Shown here one piece after another: positions 35,616 through 49,814 of a stretch of DNA of 64,000 nt. Origin of the DNA: an uncultured Planctomycetia bacterium (GTDB lineage Bacteria > Omnitrophota > Gorgyraeia > Taenaricolales > CAZCCH01); assembly GCA_964497315.1 (NCBI GenBank), contig CAZCCH010000005.1, positions 1,885 through 65,884 of the forward strand, in the 5' to 3' direction. A program made the position numbers and the translations under genes. The notes beneath the pieces are model-generated. The model was not told where the DNA came from. It searched no databases and was given only the letters and a program-made list of their open reading frames with translations. The stretch's first letter is position 1. The number at the start of each line of letters is the position of its first letter.

Positions 35616-36665
35616 ATGGACAAAGAAAAACTCGACTTAGATAAACAAAGACAACGCCTAATAACAAACCAAGAGACTGATGAAGATGTAATCTTATTAA
35701 TGTCTTTACGGCCCACAAAGCTAGAGGAGTTTATAGGTCAAAAGGACTTGGTTGAAAATTTGAAGATTTCCTTAACTGCTGCAAAAAATAGAAAAGAGTC
35801 AGTAGAGCACGTACTTTTTTCAGGACCGCCAGGTTTGGGTAAGACATCCCTAGCGCACATAGTCGCACACGAGATGGGGACTAAGATAACTGCAACAAGT
35901 GGGCCTGCTATTGAGCGGGCAGGGGACTTAATAGGGATACTTACAAATTTAGAAAAAGGCGATATCTTATTTATTGATGAGATACACAGGCTCTCTAAGG
36001 TGGTGGAGGAATTTTTATACCCCGCCATGGAAAACTTCCAGATAGATTTTGTTATAGATAAAGGCCCGTATGCTAAAACTATAAAGTTTAATCTCAAGCC
36101 CTTTACATTAATAGGAGCTACTACACGCTCTGGATTACTTTCAGCACCTTTAAGAAGCAGATTTGGCATATTTTATCACCTGGATTTTTATCAACCCGAG
36201 GAGCTTGTTAAGATAATCAAGCGTTCCGCAAAAATATTAAACGTAAAGGTAGATGATACAGGCGCCCTTGAGATAGCACGTCGTTCCAGGGGGACGCCAA
36301 GAATAGCCAACAGACTCCTAAGACGCGTAAGAGACTATTCTGAAGTTAAAAAGGCCGGTGAGATTACGAAAGAAGTAGCAGATATATCGTTGTCCAGCCA
36401 GGCCATTGATAGTTACGGTTTAGACTATATGGACAGAAAGGTCCTAAAGGCAATGCTGGATTTTTATAACGGTGGGCCTGTTGGTATAGATGCCTTGGCC
36501 GCTACTTTAAATGAAGAAACAGATACTATCGCAGATATAGTAGAACCATTTTTGTTAAAAAGCGGATTTATAAAACGTACTCCACGAGGCCGTCAAGCCA
36601 CAGAACTCGCCTATAAACACCTCAAACAGCCCCTTACCAAAGATAAACAAAAAGACTTATTTTAA
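35616..36665 (+). CDS. ruvB: Holliday junction DNA helicase RuvB
   Basis: [39 protein letters not shown]. Confidence 0.97.
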   Translation: MDKEKLDLDKQRQRLITNQETDEDVILLMSLRPTKLEEFIGQKDLVENLKISLTAAKNRKESVEHVLFSGPPGLGKTSLAHIVAHEMGTKITATSGPAIERAGDLIGILTNLEKGDILFIDEIHRLSKVVEEFLYPAMENFQIDFVIDKGPYAKTIKFNLKPFTLIGATTRSGLLSAPLRSRFGIFYHLDFYQPEELVKIIKRSAKILNVKVDDTGALEIARRSRGTPRIANRLLRRVRDYSEVKKAGEITKEVADISLSSQAIDSYGLDYMDRKVLKAMLDFYNGGPVGIDALAATLNEETDTIADIVEPFLLKSGFIKRTPRGRQATELAYKHLKQPLTKDKQKDLF

Positions 36666-36674
36666 ATTAAGCCA

Positions 36675-37208
36675 ATGAAAATATTATTGCATATTTGTTG
36701 TGCACCCTGTGCTTTATATGCTGTTGAGGCACTCAAAAAACAAGGACATTGCATAGAAGGTCTATTTTATAACCCTAACATACATCCTTATTCGGAATAT
36801 TCTAATAGATTGGGCTCTGTAAAGAAAATGACCGACGGGTCAGATATTAAGGTTGATTACCAGGAATACGACCTGGATAGGTTTTTTAGAAACACCTCAT
36901 CAAATATGCGGTCTCCACATCGTTGTTTTACTTGTTGGCAGATGAGATTGCAAAGGACTGCCAAGGTAGCAGGGGAAAAAGGCTTCGATGGATTTACCAC
37001 AACCCTTCTAATAAGTCCTTATCAAGATCATGAAGCGTTAAAATCAATAGGTGAGTCCATTGAAAAAGAAAGCAAGGTTAAGTTTCATTATGTCGATTTA
37101 AGAAAGGGATTTAAACTGTCGCATCAACAGTCAAGACAAAAGGGATTTTATATGCAAAAGTATTGCGGTTGTATTTTTAGTGAGGTAGAGAAATGCACAA
37201 AACGCTGA
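36675..37208 (+). CDS. queH: epoxyqueuosine reductase QueH (DUF208)
   Basis: LLHICCAPC, YNPNIHP, RC..C, Q.YCGC.FS. Confidence 0.9.
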   Translation: MKILLHICCAPCALYAVEALKKQGHCIEGLFYNPNIHPYSEYSNRLGSVKKMTDGSDIKVDYQEYDLDRFFRNTSSNMRSPHRCFTCWQMRLQRTAKVAGEKGFDGFTTTLLISPYQDHEALKSIGESIEKESKVKFHYVDLRKGFKLSHQQSRQKGFYMQKYCGCIFSEVEKCTKR

Positions 37209-37402
37209 TATTTTTTGGAATAATTTTAATAATCGCAGGAGTTTTAATAAATATATTTGGCAAAATCCCAGGCCTTGGTAAATTGCCAGGTGATATACAT
37301 ATCAAAGGGAAGAGCTTTACATTTTTCTTTCCCATAACTACCTGTATCTTAGTAAGCATAATTATTTCTTTAATATTTTTCATCTGGAGAAAGGTGCAAT
37401 GA
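37193..37402 (+). CDS. DUF2905-type small membrane protein
   Basis: GKLPGDI...FFFPITTCIL.S. Confidence 0.8.
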   Translation: MHKTLIFFGIILIIAGVLINIFGKIPGLGKLPGDIHIKGKSFTFFFPITTCILVSIIISLIFFIWRKVQ

Positions 37403-38558
37403 AATTTTTCCTTAAGGTTAGCTTAATTTTGTCATTTATACTGCATCCTTTAATTTGCGAAGCCCAAGAAAATACCACCGCACAATACAGTCCACCAATA
37501 ATTCGAGTAGCGGTAATTAAACAAAAAGAAAAACTCACACTTTCTATAACAAGACCGTTTAAGATATTAGCGTTAAATACCCATCAAGTTTTGCACCAAG
37601 CCAGGCGCCTTAGAAATGCAGAAGTTAAACCTGCATCATCAGGTATAAAAGTTGATGATGAAGAATTCATGATTTATGGAATAAAGATAATGCCAACTAA
37701 AGATGCGACTATATATATCAACAAACGAAAGTTCCGAGGCAATGTTGATATAATTAGAGAGAAAGATCAAACCCTCCTTGTCGTCAATTATATAAATGTA
37801 GAAGATTACCTTAAAGGTGTTTTATATCATGAAGTCTCCCACTGGTGGCCAAAAGAAGCCTTAAGGGCCCAGGCCATAGTTGCCAGGACCTTTGCTTTAT
37901 ATCAAGCAAGTGTTAACAAGGATAAAGACTATGATGTAACCTGCGATATATATTCACAAGTTTACGGAGGAGCCACATCAGAAAAATTCCGTGCCACACG
38001 TGCCATAAACCGCACAAGGGGTAAGGTCTTAACATATAAAGGTAAAATCTTTCCTGCTTATTATCATGCCACATGTGGCGGGCATACAGAGGATGCTTCA
38101 GTTTTATGGAATACAAACTTACCTGTTTTAAAAGGCACTAAATGTGGTTTTTGTAAACGTTCACCACATTACAATTGGCAGCTTAAGTTACCCCTATCCC
38201 AGATACAAGAGACTTTAAGAAAAAAAGGATTCATAATAAGTTCAATTAAATCTATAGAACCAAAGAAAATTGACAACTCAGGTAGGATTTTAAAACTAAA
38301 GATTACTTCAAAAGAAAAGCCTCTTTTAATTAGTGCCAAGGAATTCCGTCAGTTTTTAGGACCAAATCTTATTCGCAGCACAAACTTTAAAGTAAAAATA
38401 GATGATATAAAAATGCACGCTATCTTTGAAGGTATTGGCTGGGGACATGGTGTGGGGATGTGCCAGTGGGGAGCGCATTTTATGTCAAAGAAAAAATATA
38501 CCGCAGGAGAAATCCTAGAATATTACTATCCGAAATCAGAAATTACCCAAATAGCAAA

Positions 38559-38562
<4 letters not shown>
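37399..38562 (+). CDS. SpoIID/LytB domain protein
   Basis: E.YL.GV...E, ALRAQAI.ART.A, SQVY.G, G.GHGVG.CQWGA. Confidence 0.9.
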
Positions 38563-41020
<2,458 letters not shown>

Positions 41021-41029
41021 GGAGGCATC

Positions 41030-43198
41030 ATGTATAAGAATCTCAAATGGAAGCTACTTATAATAGTTGTTGTTATTGGCACGTGCATTGTTTTATCATA
41101 CCCGCCTACAGAAAAGATTAATCTAGGACTTGATCTTCAGGGCGGCATGCATCTTGTGCTCAAGGTTGATACATCCCAGGTCCCTGAAGAGGCAAGGAGC
41201 GATGCTACAGAACGTGCGCTTGAAATCATACGAAACCGCATAGATGAATTTGGAGTAGGAGAGCCTTCAATACAAAGACAGGGCAAGGATAACATAGTCG
41301 TCCAGCTACCAGGTGTTACAGACAGGCAAAGAGCTCTAGACCTAATAGGTAAGACAGCGCTTTTGGAATTAAAATTTATATCAGATGATGCTGAAAAGTT
41401 AAAGCGGGCCTTAGAGGGAAATACCCCAGCAGGTTATGAACTGAAATACCTTGATAAAGAACCCATGCTTGTAGCAAAAAAGGCAGTTTTAACAGGAGAG
41501 TACCTTGTTGATGCCAGAGTGGATTATGACCAATCGGCATTTGGTCAAGCATATGTAGCATTTAGCTTAAATAGCAAGGGCGCTAGAATTTTTGCAAGAG
41601 TGACACGAGAGAATGTAGGCAGACGCCTGGCCATTGTTTTAGATGATAAAATTCATTCAGCTCCTGTAATCCAAACCGAAATCCCTTCAGGGGAGGGAAG
41701 GATAACAGGTAATTTTACACCAGATGTAGCTAGTGATTTAGCTATAGTTTTAAGAGCTGGTGCGTTACCTGCTCCTATATATGTAGAAGAGGAGCGTACG
41801 GTAGGTCCACTGCTGGGGCAAGATTCAATAAAAAGTGGTATCCGTGCAACCTTAATTGGCGGTGGCATTGTTGTGGTGTTTATGTGTGTCTATTACATGT
41901 TGGCCGGTGTGGTTGCCAATATAGCGCTTATATTAAACCTAGTGATAATCTTAGGGGCACTTTCTTATTTTAGGGCAACGCTTACCCTTCCTGGTATAGC
42001 AGGTATGATATTGACGATGGGTATGGCTGTAGATGCCAATGTACTTATATATGAAAGGATAAAAGAAGAGCTGAAAATAGGAAGACCCATACGAACTGCT
42101 ATTTCTAATGGATACAAAAAGGCCTCAACCGCAATCCTTGATTCAAATATAACAACCCTTATTGCGGCAGTACTTTTATTTCATTTTGGCACAGGACCAA
42201 TACGTGGATTTGCTGTTACATTAACAGTTGGTATATTGGCCAGTATGTTTACTGCCCTTGTAGTTACCAGGGCGATCTTTGAAACATTTTGCCTATCGAG
42301 TAAATTCAAGAGCTTGCCTATGCTAAGCTTGATAAAGGGAAAGAATTTTGATTTTATCGGAAAAAGAAAAATTTGGTTTTTGCTTTCTACAATTTTAGTT
42401 ATTGTAGGACTAGTTTTTTTCATTGGAAGGGGCAAGGCCTCATATGGCATTGATTTTACAGGTGGCCAACTCCAACAGTATTCATTTGATAAATCTGTCA
42501 AAATAGATTTCATAAGAGACGCATTGCGCCAGGCAGGTTTGACAGATGCTGTTATACAACAATTCGGCAAACGTAATGATATTATTATAAAAACCCCGGA
42601 AGATTCCGTAACCCAAGTTCAGCAAGTTTTTAAAGCGCAATACCCCAATAATCCATTTCAGGTAATGAGGGTTGAAAGGGTGGGGCCTTCCGTCGGAAAA
42701 GAACTCAAGCAAAAGGCTATCAAAGCACTTCTCTTTGCCCTTGCTGGCATACTGATTTATGTAGCATTCAGGTTTAAACATCTAAATTATGCAGCAGCAG
42801 GTATTATTGCGTTATTCCACGATTGCTTTATAGCTTTGGGGTTTTTAGCATTTACGCATAGAGAGATGTCTTTGACTTTGGTAGCGGCAATACTTACTAT
42901 TGCTGGTTATTCGATAAACGATACAATAGTAATCTATGACCGTGTAAGAGAGTTGTCTCGTACAATGCATAAGGCAACCCTTAAAGAAATCATAAACGCA
43001 AGCATAAATCAAACCCTGAGCCGGACTTTACTGACGACAATTACTACCTTAATGGTAGTGCTGGCAATATTTTTATTCGGTGGAGAGGTTTTAAATGATT
43101 TTGCCTTTTTACTTTTAGTTGGGTTTATTGCTGGAATTTATTCAACCATTTATATAGCTTCGCCGCTTGTTATCGCCTGGCAAAAAAGAAGGTTTTAA
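41030..43198 (+). CDS. secDF: fused protein translocase SecDF
   Basis: LGLDLQGG, GMAVDANVLI.ERI (SecD part); GIDFTGG, GYSINDTIV..DR.RE (SecF part). Confidence 0.95.
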   Translation: MYKNLKWKLLIIVVVIGTCIVLSYPPTEKINLGLDLQGGMHLVLKVDTSQVPEEARSDATERALEIIRNRIDEFGVGEPSIQRQGKDNIVVQLPGVTDRQRALDLIGKTALLELKFISDDAEKLKRALEGNTPAGYELKYLDKEPMLVAKKAVLTGEYLVDARVDYDQSAFGQAYVAFSLNSKGARIFARVTRENVGRRLAIVLDDKIHSAPVIQTEIPSGEGRITGNFTPDVASDLAIVLRAGALPAPIYVEEERTVGPLLGQDSIKSGIRATLIGGGIVVVFMCVYYMLAGVVANIALILNLVIILGALSYFRATLTLPGIAGMILTMGMAVDANVLIYERIKEELKIGRPIRTAISNGYKKASTAILDSNITTLIAAVLLFHFGTGPIRGFAVTLTVGILASMFTALVVTRAIFETFCLSSKFKSLPMLSLIKGKNFDFIGKRKIWFLLSTILVIVGLVFFIGRGKASYGIDFTGGQLQQYSFDKSVKIDFIRDALRQAGLTDAVIQQFGKRNDIIIKTPEDSVTQVQQVFKAQYPNNPFQVMRVERVGPSVGKELKQKAIKALLFALAGILIYVAFRFKHLNYAAAGIIALFHDCFIALGFLAFTHREMSLTLVAAILTIAGYSINDTIVIYDRVRELSRTMHKATLKEIINASINQTLSRTLLTTITTLMVVLAIFLFGGEVLNDFAFLLLVGFIAGIYSTIYIASPLVIAWQKRRF

Positions 43199-43199
43199 T

Positions 43200-44900
43200 A
43201 TGCAAAAAAATTGGCGGATAGCCAAACCCAATCCAACCTTACAGAAAGAACTTTCTAAAGCATTGGATGTCTCTGAGTTAATAGCCCAGGTTTTAATAAA
43301 CCGTAACATAAAAGACCAAGAGCAGGCTGAAATATTTTTGGATTGCAATATAAGAACCCTACATGATCCATTCCTCTTAAAAGACATGGATAAAGCTGTA
43401 AGTCGAATAGAGACGGCTGTAAAAAAGGGAGAGAAGATTACCATTTGGGGAGATTATGATGTTGATGGCATTACATCTGTAGCTCTGCTCAAAAATATTT
43501 TACAAGAGATAGGTGCTTATGTTACATGTTACATTCCACACAGGATAGATGAAGGATTTGGCCTTAACCTTGCTGGTGTGAGTGCTATACATCGCAGCAA
43601 GACAAATCTTGTTTTGACTGTAGATTGTGGTATTACTAATTTTACCGAGGTAGATTACTTAAAAAAACATAATATAGACACCATTATAACTGATCATCAT
43701 CAGCCTCAAGCAGGAAGCGTACCTGATGCATATGCGGTAATTAACCCCTTACAGAAAGACTGTGCGTATCCTTTTAAGCATTTAGCAGGGGTTGGACTTG
43801 CTTTTAAACTAGCTTGTGCTCTTTGTGCTAAGATTAAAGGTCTCCAAAAGCAACTTGCCTTTGAACACCTAGATTTAGTAAGCCTCGGGATTATCTCAGA
43901 TATTGCCCCCATGTTAGGTGAAAACCGTATATTGGCAAAACATGGCTTAAGCAAACTTTCAGATACAAAAAAAGAAGGCCTTAAGGCATTAAAGAGAATG
44001 ACCGGCATAGAAAATAAGTCCCTAAGTGCAATGCACGCAGGATACATACTAGGTCCAAGGATTAATGCCTGCGGTAGAATAGGTTCTGCCGAAGATTCAT
44101 TAAAGTTGATATTAAGCAATTCACCAGGGGAAGCTGAGCAGTTTGCAAAAAGATTAAATGAAGATAATAAAGCTAGGCAAAAATTAGAAAGACAAACTTT
44201 AAATGAAGCCTTAGCGAGGGTAGATAGGGAAGTTAACTTCAAGTCTCACAGGGTAATAGTCTTATATCAAGATGATTGGCATCCAGGTGTAATTGGTATT
44301 GTTGCTTCTAAAATAGTAGACCGTTTTTATAGACCAGTTATAATGCTTTCATTTAAAGAACACGTAGGTAAAGGTTCTGGGCGCTCCATTGAAAACTTCC
44401 ATCTTTTTCATGCCCTTCGTGAATGCAGTGATTTTTTAGAGAAATTCGGCGGCCATAGCAAGGCTTGTGGTCTTAGTATACGTAAGGAAAATTTAGAGAG
44501 GTTTAAAGAGGCCATTAATAGCCAGGCAAAAGAAGTGCTTACCTCAGATGACTTGCGACCTACTTTAAATATAGATGCAGAGGTTTCATTAAAAGAGTTA
44601 ACTCAAAAATCAATTGCTCAGCTTCAGAAACTCCAGCCTTTCGGTTTAGGTAATCGCGAACCTGTATTTTGTACAGAGGCTGTAACAATCAAGTCACAAC
44701 CTAGAGTAGTTGGTAGGGATACTGCTAAGATGTGGGTTTATAAAGATAATCTTTGCTATGAGGCAATTGGGTTTAGGATGGGGCAAGAATTAGTTTCCTT
44801 AAAGGCAGGAGAGACAATAGATATAGCGTATACGCCATCAATAAACCAGTGGCAGGGAGAGAGTTTTATACAGCTTGAATTGAAAGGCACGAAGGCCTAA
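43200..44900 (+). CDS. recJ: single-stranded DNA exonuclease RecJ
   Basis: GDYDVDG, TVDCG, TDHH, PRINA.GR, GVIGIVAS, GSGRS, GGH; start at ATG 43200. Confidence 0.96.
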   Translation: MQKNWRIAKPNPTLQKELSKALDVSELIAQVLINRNIKDQEQAEIFLDCNIRTLHDPFLLKDMDKAVSRIETAVKKGEKITIWGDYDVDGITSVALLKNILQEIGAYVTCYIPHRIDEGFGLNLAGVSAIHRSKTNLVLTVDCGITNFTEVDYLKKHNIDTIITDHHQPQAGSVPDAYAVINPLQKDCAYPFKHLAGVGLAFKLACALCAKIKGLQKQLAFEHLDLVSLGIISDIAPMLGENRILAKHGLSKLSDTKKEGLKALKRMTGIENKSLSAMHAGYILGPRINACGRIGSAEDSLKLILSNSPGEAEQFAKRLNEDNKARQKLERQTLNEALARVDREVNFKSHRVIVLYQDDWHPGVIGIVASKIVDRFYRPVIMLSFKEHVGKGSGRSIENFHLFHALRECSDFLEKFGGHSKACGLSIRKENLERFKEAINSQAKEVLTSDDLRPTLNIDAEVSLKELTQKSIAQLQKLQPFGLGNREPVFCTEAVTIKSQPRVVGRDTAKMWVYKDNLCYEAIGFRMGQELVSLKAGETIDIAYTPSINQWQGESFIQLELKGTKA

Positions 44901-45127
44901 CTGGCTTTTTTTACTCTGCCAGTTTTTATGCATTTAACACAAGCTTTTATAGTCTTAACAGAATTACCAACTTTAGCTTTAACTTTTTTTAGATTGGGAT
45001 AGAATACCCTAGCAGTGATTCCAGTAACCTTTCGGCCTACACCGCCTTTTTTCTTTGCAAGACCACGGCGTTTTATCGTGCGTCCCGCAACGGGCCCTTT
45101 TCCACAAACTTGACAACGCTTTGACAT
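44897..45127 (-). CDS. rpmB: 50S ribosomal protein L28
   Basis: MSKRCQVCGK.P..G...RRG.AKKKGGVG...F.PNL; GGAGG RBS before ATG at 45127. Confidence 0.92.
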   Translation of the reverse strand: MSKRCQVCGKGPVAGRTIKRRGLAKKKGGVGRKVTGITARVFYPNLKKVKAKVGNSVKTIKACVKCIKTGRVKKAS

Positions 45128-45219
45128 AGTAACCTCCAAGTATAATAGTGGCAAATATGATAACATAGACACCACTTAAAACGCAAGGGAAAAGTTTTCA
45201 CAAAAAACGGAGATTAGAT

Positions 45220-46653
45220 ATGGAGAAAAAATCAGATAAAAAGACCTCCAGAAGCAAAAATCTCATAAGGACCATGGCGTTAGCCTTTATATTGACTTCC
45301 GTCATACCTATACTTGTGGCCTTAGCTATGATATTTTCTATCAGCGCTGCAGATTTTAAAGTCACAATAACAAAGATACGTCCCTTTATGTTATGGATAC
45401 TCATATCAAGCATAGCCGGATATTTCATAATAAGACGCATTGCTACTTTAGTATCACATTTTACCCACCAAGCCAAAATAATAACTACCCAAGACTTCTC
45501 AAAGAGGGTTTCAATAGAAGAAGACAGCGAGATAGGTGAGCTGGCAAAGTCATTCAACCGCATAACCCAAGATTTAGAACTAAAGATAAAGCAATTAGAA
45601 GAATCAAGAGGCCTCCTGCAGGATGTATTTCATAGAATTGGGGAGGCCATGACTTCTGCTTCAGGCCTTGAGAATCTTTTAAAATTAGTACTTAAGAATA
45701 TAAATATCGCCTTGGGTTCGACGGGAAGTTTTATTATGCTTTTAGATGAAGGTTCAAAAAAACTAAAGGTAAGTATTGCATCTCCAGAATTAACAAAACC
45801 TGCAAAGAAAAATGAAATTGCCCTTGGTCAAGGTATTATTGGGCTAGTAGCAAAAGATCATAAACCTATGGTTGTTTCCCGACCAAAACAAAATGGTCAA
45901 AATCAACAAACAGATCAATTAGAAGGTTCTTTTACATCCTTAGCATGTGTGCCGCTTATTTATAAAGAAGAATGCATTGGTGTAATTACGGTTTATGATA
46001 AAAAGACCGGTCGTTTCACAGATGAAAATCTTAAGCTTTTAAGTGATATATCATCCCAGTGTGCAATTGCTATAGCAAACTTTAGACTTAACGCAGACAT
46101 TGAAGAGACATACCTTGAGACTATAACGGCCTTGGCTATGACCGTTGAAGCAAAAGATGCCTATAGTGGCGGTCACCTAGAAAGGGTGACCAAATATTCC
46201 GTAGAAATGGGCAAAAGGCTAGACTTGGATGATGGGACATTGAAGACCTTAAGAGATGGTGCATACCTTCACGACCTTGGAAAAATTGGAATAAGGGATG
46301 ACGTTTTGCTAAAAAATAAGCCTTTAACGAAAGAAGAATTTGAAGAGATAAAAAAACATCCCGTTATAGGTGAGAGCATTATAAGACCAGTGCATTCTCT
46401 TACAGGTTTATGCGAATTGATTAGACATCATCAGGAAAAAGTAGACGGTTCAGGGTATCCCGATGGTTTAAAAGGAGACGAAATTCCTTTAACCGCTAGA
46501 ATTATTGCAGTGGTAGATGTCTACGATGCCTTAACTACCAAGCGGCCCTACAGAAAAACCCTAACTAAAGAAGGAGCCAAGAAAGAACTAAAGAAAATGG
46601 CCGGTGTAAAACTAGATGCAAAACTCGTTGATATCTTTTTAGACTTGGTCTAA
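45220..46653 (+). CDS. membrane HAMP-GAF-HD-GYP phosphodiesterase
   Basis: 2 TM, HAMP (EIGELAKSFN), GAF, HDLGKIG, HHQE..DGSGYP.GL, RPYR. Confidence 0.9.
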   Translation: MEKKSDKKTSRSKNLIRTMALAFILTSVIPILVALAMIFSISAADFKVTITKIRPFMLWILISSIAGYFIIRRIATLVSHFTHQAKIITTQDFSKRVSIEEDSEIGELAKSFNRITQDLELKIKQLEESRGLLQDVFHRIGEAMTSASGLENLLKLVLKNINIALGSTGSFIMLLDEGSKKLKVSIASPELTKPAKKNEIALGQGIIGLVAKDHKPMVVSRPKQNGQNQQTDQLEGSFTSLACVPLIYKEECIGVITVYDKKTGRFTDENLKLLSDISSQCAIAIANFRLNADIEETYLETITALAMTVEAKDAYSGGHLERVTKYSVEMGKRLDLDDGTLKTLRDGAYLHDLGKIGIRDDVLLKNKPLTKEEFEEIKKHPVIGESIIRPVHSLTGLCELIRHHQEKVDGSGYPDGLKGDEIPLTARIIAVVDVYDALTTKRPYRKTLTKEGAKKELKKMAGVKLDAKLVDIFLDLV

Positions 46654-46665
46654 CACAAAGACCTT

Positions 46666-48750
46666 ATGTCCTTCCCTAATCCCCTTAAATCCTCAGCACA
46701 ATATATAAAAGGCGTTGGCCCGAAAAGAATTCAGTTATTGAATAAACTTAATATTCAAACTGTTGAAGACCTTCTTTATTATTTTCCCCGACGACACGAA
46801 GACCGTTCAAGGCTTTTATCCATAAACAAACTTCAAGCCGACCAACCCTATACTATAAAAGGAGAAATTTTAACATTTGGTATCTTCAAGACGAAGACCA
46901 AGAGAATGCTTGTTTTTGAGATGGCAGTAGGAGATAAAACCGGAGTTATATACTGCGTTTGGTTTAATCAGCCATTTTTGAGAAAATTCTTTAAGGTCGG
47001 GCAAAAAATAATCATCTATGGAAAAGTACAGAAAAAGGGTGCTAAGCTCCAAATAATTAATCCAGAGTACGAAATTCTCCCAGGAGAAGATGAGGAGGGC
47101 GAAAGTATTCATACCGGTAGGATTGTCCCCATCTATCCGCTTACTCAAGATATAAGGCAGAAGAATATACGCCTGATAGCAAAAAGCGGCCTTGAAGGTT
47201 TCCTGCAGTATATAAAAGACCCCTTGCCTAGATACTTAAAAAATAAATTAAAACTTATAGATTTAACACCTGCTATAGGAAATTATCATTTTCCAAAGAC
47301 TCTAATAACTTTAGAAAATGCAAAAAGGAGGCTTATCTTTGATGAATTTTTCTATCTGCAGATAGCCCTTGCCCTAAGAAGGAGTAAACTAAAATTTAAA
47401 ACCAAAGGAATCATCCATAAGATTGATGGCGCCTTGCTTAATCGTTTTATAACTAGCTTACCGTTTGAATTGACCAATAGCCAAAAAAAGGTAATAGCGC
47501 ATATAAAAACAGATATGGCAGCCGCAAGACCCATGTATAGACTCTTGCAAGGGGAGGTGGGCAGCGGCAAGACCGTTGTGGCATGTTCCGGGTTAGTAAT
47601 TGCAGTGCAAGGAGGGTATCAAGCTGCGGTTATGGCACCAACAGAGATTTTGGCAGAACAACATTATAGGACTTTCACCGAATTATTAACACCTCTGGGT
47701 ATAAAAGTTGTTTTTATATCTAGCAGTCTCTCTTCCCATGCCAGGCTCAAAGTGCAAAACGAAATCAAATCAGGCACAGCAAACCTAATAATAGGCACAC
47801 ATAGCCTAATTCAAAAAGATGTAAAATTTAAGAATTTAGGTTTGGCTATTGTAGATGAACAACACAGATTTGGCGTTGCGCAAAGACAGACCTTAACTAA
47901 TAAAGGCCTAAATCCAGATGTGTTAGTAATGACCGCAACACCAATACCAAGGACCTTGGCATTAACTGCCTATGGAGATTTGGATATATCAATTATAGAT
48001 GAATTACCACCTGGTAGAGGCACATTGCAAACTGTGTGGGTGGAAGAGGATAAAAGGGCTGAAATTTATGAACTAATAAAGGACCAGGTTAAAAAGGGGA
48101 GACAGGTTTTTGTAATTTATCCTTTAGTGGAAGAATCCCTTCGCCAGGACTTAAAAGATGCAACAAAGATGCATGGAAAGTTTCAGAAAGAAATCTTTCC
48201 AGATTTAAAAGTTGGGCTTGTGCATGGCAGGTTATCGGCAGATAAAAAACAACAGGCTATGAAAGGCTTTAGGACAGGAGAAATAGATATATTGGTTTCT
48301 ACAATAGTTGTTGAGGTAGGCATAGATATGCCCAATGCTACCTGCATAGTAATTGAACATGCAGATAGGTTCGGTCTTGCACAATTACATCAGTTGCGTG
48401 GCCGCATAGCCAGGTCAAAACACGCCTCTTATTGCGTGTTAATTGCTGATGCCATTACTGAAGCGGCAGAAAAAAGACTAAAGACGATGGTTACTACACA
48501 AAATGGTTTTAAAATTGCTCAGGCTGATTTAGAGATACGTGGACCAGGCGATTTTTTTGGTACAAGACAGCACGGTATCCCAGAGCTTAAGATAGGCAAC
48601 CTTTCATTGGATGTAAAAATATTAGAACAGGCCAAACAAGAAGCCTTTGGATTGGTAAAGAGCGACCTAGGCCTATCCAAACAAGAACATAGATTTATAA
48701 AATCTGAAATCTTAAAGAAATACGCTACTATGGGGCCATTTGGAATATGA
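46666..48750 (+). CDS. recG: ATP-dependent DNA helicase RecG
   Basis: RLLQGEVGSGKT, MAPTEILAEQH, DEQHRFG, MTATPIPRTL, GLAQLHQLRGR. Confidence 0.97.
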   Translation: MSFPNPLKSSAQYIKGVGPKRIQLLNKLNIQTVEDLLYYFPRRHEDRSRLLSINKLQADQPYTIKGEILTFGIFKTKTKRMLVFEMAVGDKTGVIYCVWFNQPFLRKFFKVGQKIIIYGKVQKKGAKLQIINPEYEILPGEDEEGESIHTGRIVPIYPLTQDIRQKNIRLIAKSGLEGFLQYIKDPLPRYLKNKLKLIDLTPAIGNYHFPKTLITLENAKRRLIFDEFFYLQIALALRRSKLKFKTKGIIHKIDGALLNRFITSLPFELTNSQKKVIAHIKTDMAAARPMYRLLQGEVGSGKTVVACSGLVIAVQGGYQAAVMAPTEILAEQHYRTFTELLTPLGIKVVFISSSLSSHARLKVQNEIKSGTANLIIGTHSLIQKDVKFKNLGLAIVDEQHRFGVAQRQTLTNKGLNPDVLVMTATPIPRTLALTAYGDLDISIIDELPPGRGTLQTVWVEEDKRAEIYELIKDQVKKGRQVFVIYPLVEESLRQDLKDATKMHGKFQKEIFPDLKVGLVHGRLSADKKQQAMKGFRTGEIDILVSTIVVEVGIDMPNATCIVIEHADRFGLAQLHQLRGRIARSKHASYCVLIADAITEAAEKRLKTMVTTQNGFKIAQADLEIRGPGDFFGTRQHGIPELKIGNLSLDVKILEQAKQEAFGLVKSDLGLSKQEHRFIKSEILKKYATMGPFGI

Positions 48751-49298
48751 GGGTAATAGCTGGTAAATTTAAAGGCAGGCGCCTTAAGATGCCTAAAGGC
48801 ATAAAGGTTAGAGTGACTAAAGATCGTATAAAGGAATCATTATTTCAAATATTAGACAAGAAAATAGAAGGCAAAGACATCTTAGATCTTTTTGCAGGAA
48901 GCGGAAGCCTTGGTATAGAAGCGCTATCAAGAGGGGCAAAATCAGTCACCTTTGTAGAAACCAACCCCAAGTGCATTAAGGCTATAAGAGAAACTCTGAC
49001 CCAACTGGATATTAAAGGCTCTAACCTCTTAAGGATGGATGCATTTGATTCTATAAGGTATTTTGCTGGTAATAATATTAAATTTGATATAATATTACTA
49101 GATCCCCCATATTATAAGAAATTAGGTAAAAAAGTCTTGAATAAACTTGAGAGATATGATATACTTAAAAACCTCGCTTTTGTGGTCATTGAACATTCCA
49201 AGGGCGATTTACTGCCTTCGGAGACAGCAAATATGACCATTATAGGAAATTACAAGTACTCTGATATAGTGATATCTATTTACAAGAGAGGCAAATGA
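48747..49298 (+). CDS. rsmD: 16S rRNA m2G966 methyltransferase RsmD
   Basis: MRVIAG..KG, LDLFAGSG.LG.EALSRG, DPPY. Confidence 0.93.
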   Translation: MRVIAGKFKGRRLKMPKGIKVRVTKDRIKESLFQILDKKIEGKDILDLFAGSGSLGIEALSRGAKSVTFVETNPKCIKAIRETLTQLDIKGSNLLRMDAFDSIRYFAGNNIKFDIILLDPPYYKKLGKKVLNKLERYDILKNLAFVVIEHSKGDLLPSETANMTIIGNYKYSDIVISIYKRGK

Positions 49299-49783
49299 TG
49301 AAAAAACGGGCAATTTATCCTGGAAGTTTTGACCCAGTTACATATGGCCATATAGATGTAATAAAAAGGGCTTCCCAAATATTTAAAGAGGTAATAGTGG
49401 CAGTTGCTGCTAACACCCAAAAGAACCCTTTGTTTTCAGCAAGAGAAAGAGTTGCTATGTTAAAGGAGGCCACAAAGGATATTGAGGGTATCAGTGTGGA
49501 TAGCTTTGATGGATTGGCCGTAGAATATGTTAAGGCAAAACAGGCCAAGGTTATGATAAGAGGCCTAAGGATGATTTCCGATTTTGAATATGAATTTCAG
49601 ATGGCCCTAACAAATAGAAAACTGGACGATTCCATAGAGACGATTTTCATGATGCCTAGCCCGGAATACTCCTTTATATCTTCCAAGCTGATAAAAGAGG
49701 CAGCGTCCCTCGGTGCTGATACGAGTGGTTTTGTACCTAAATTTGTAGAAAAGGCCTTGCACTCCCGCCTGAAAGATAAATGA
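49295..49783 (+). CDS. coaD: phosphopantetheine adenylyltransferase
   Basis: YPGSFDP.T.GH, RGLR..SDFEYE, ISS..IKE. Confidence 0.96.
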   Translation: MMKKRAIYPGSFDPVTYGHIDVIKRASQIFKEVIVAVAANTQKNPLFSARERVAMLKEATKDIEGISVDSFDGLAVEYVKAKQAKVMIRGLRMISDFEYEFQMALTNRKLDDSIETIFMMPSPEYSFISSKLIKEAASLGADTSGFVPKFVEKALHSRLKDK

Positions 49784-49814
49784 CTAATAGCAAAATTTAA
49801 CCTTTTGGAAAACA

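Noticed and set aside
41030-43198. SecD-SecF fusion
   Set aside because: Common in many bacterial lineages.
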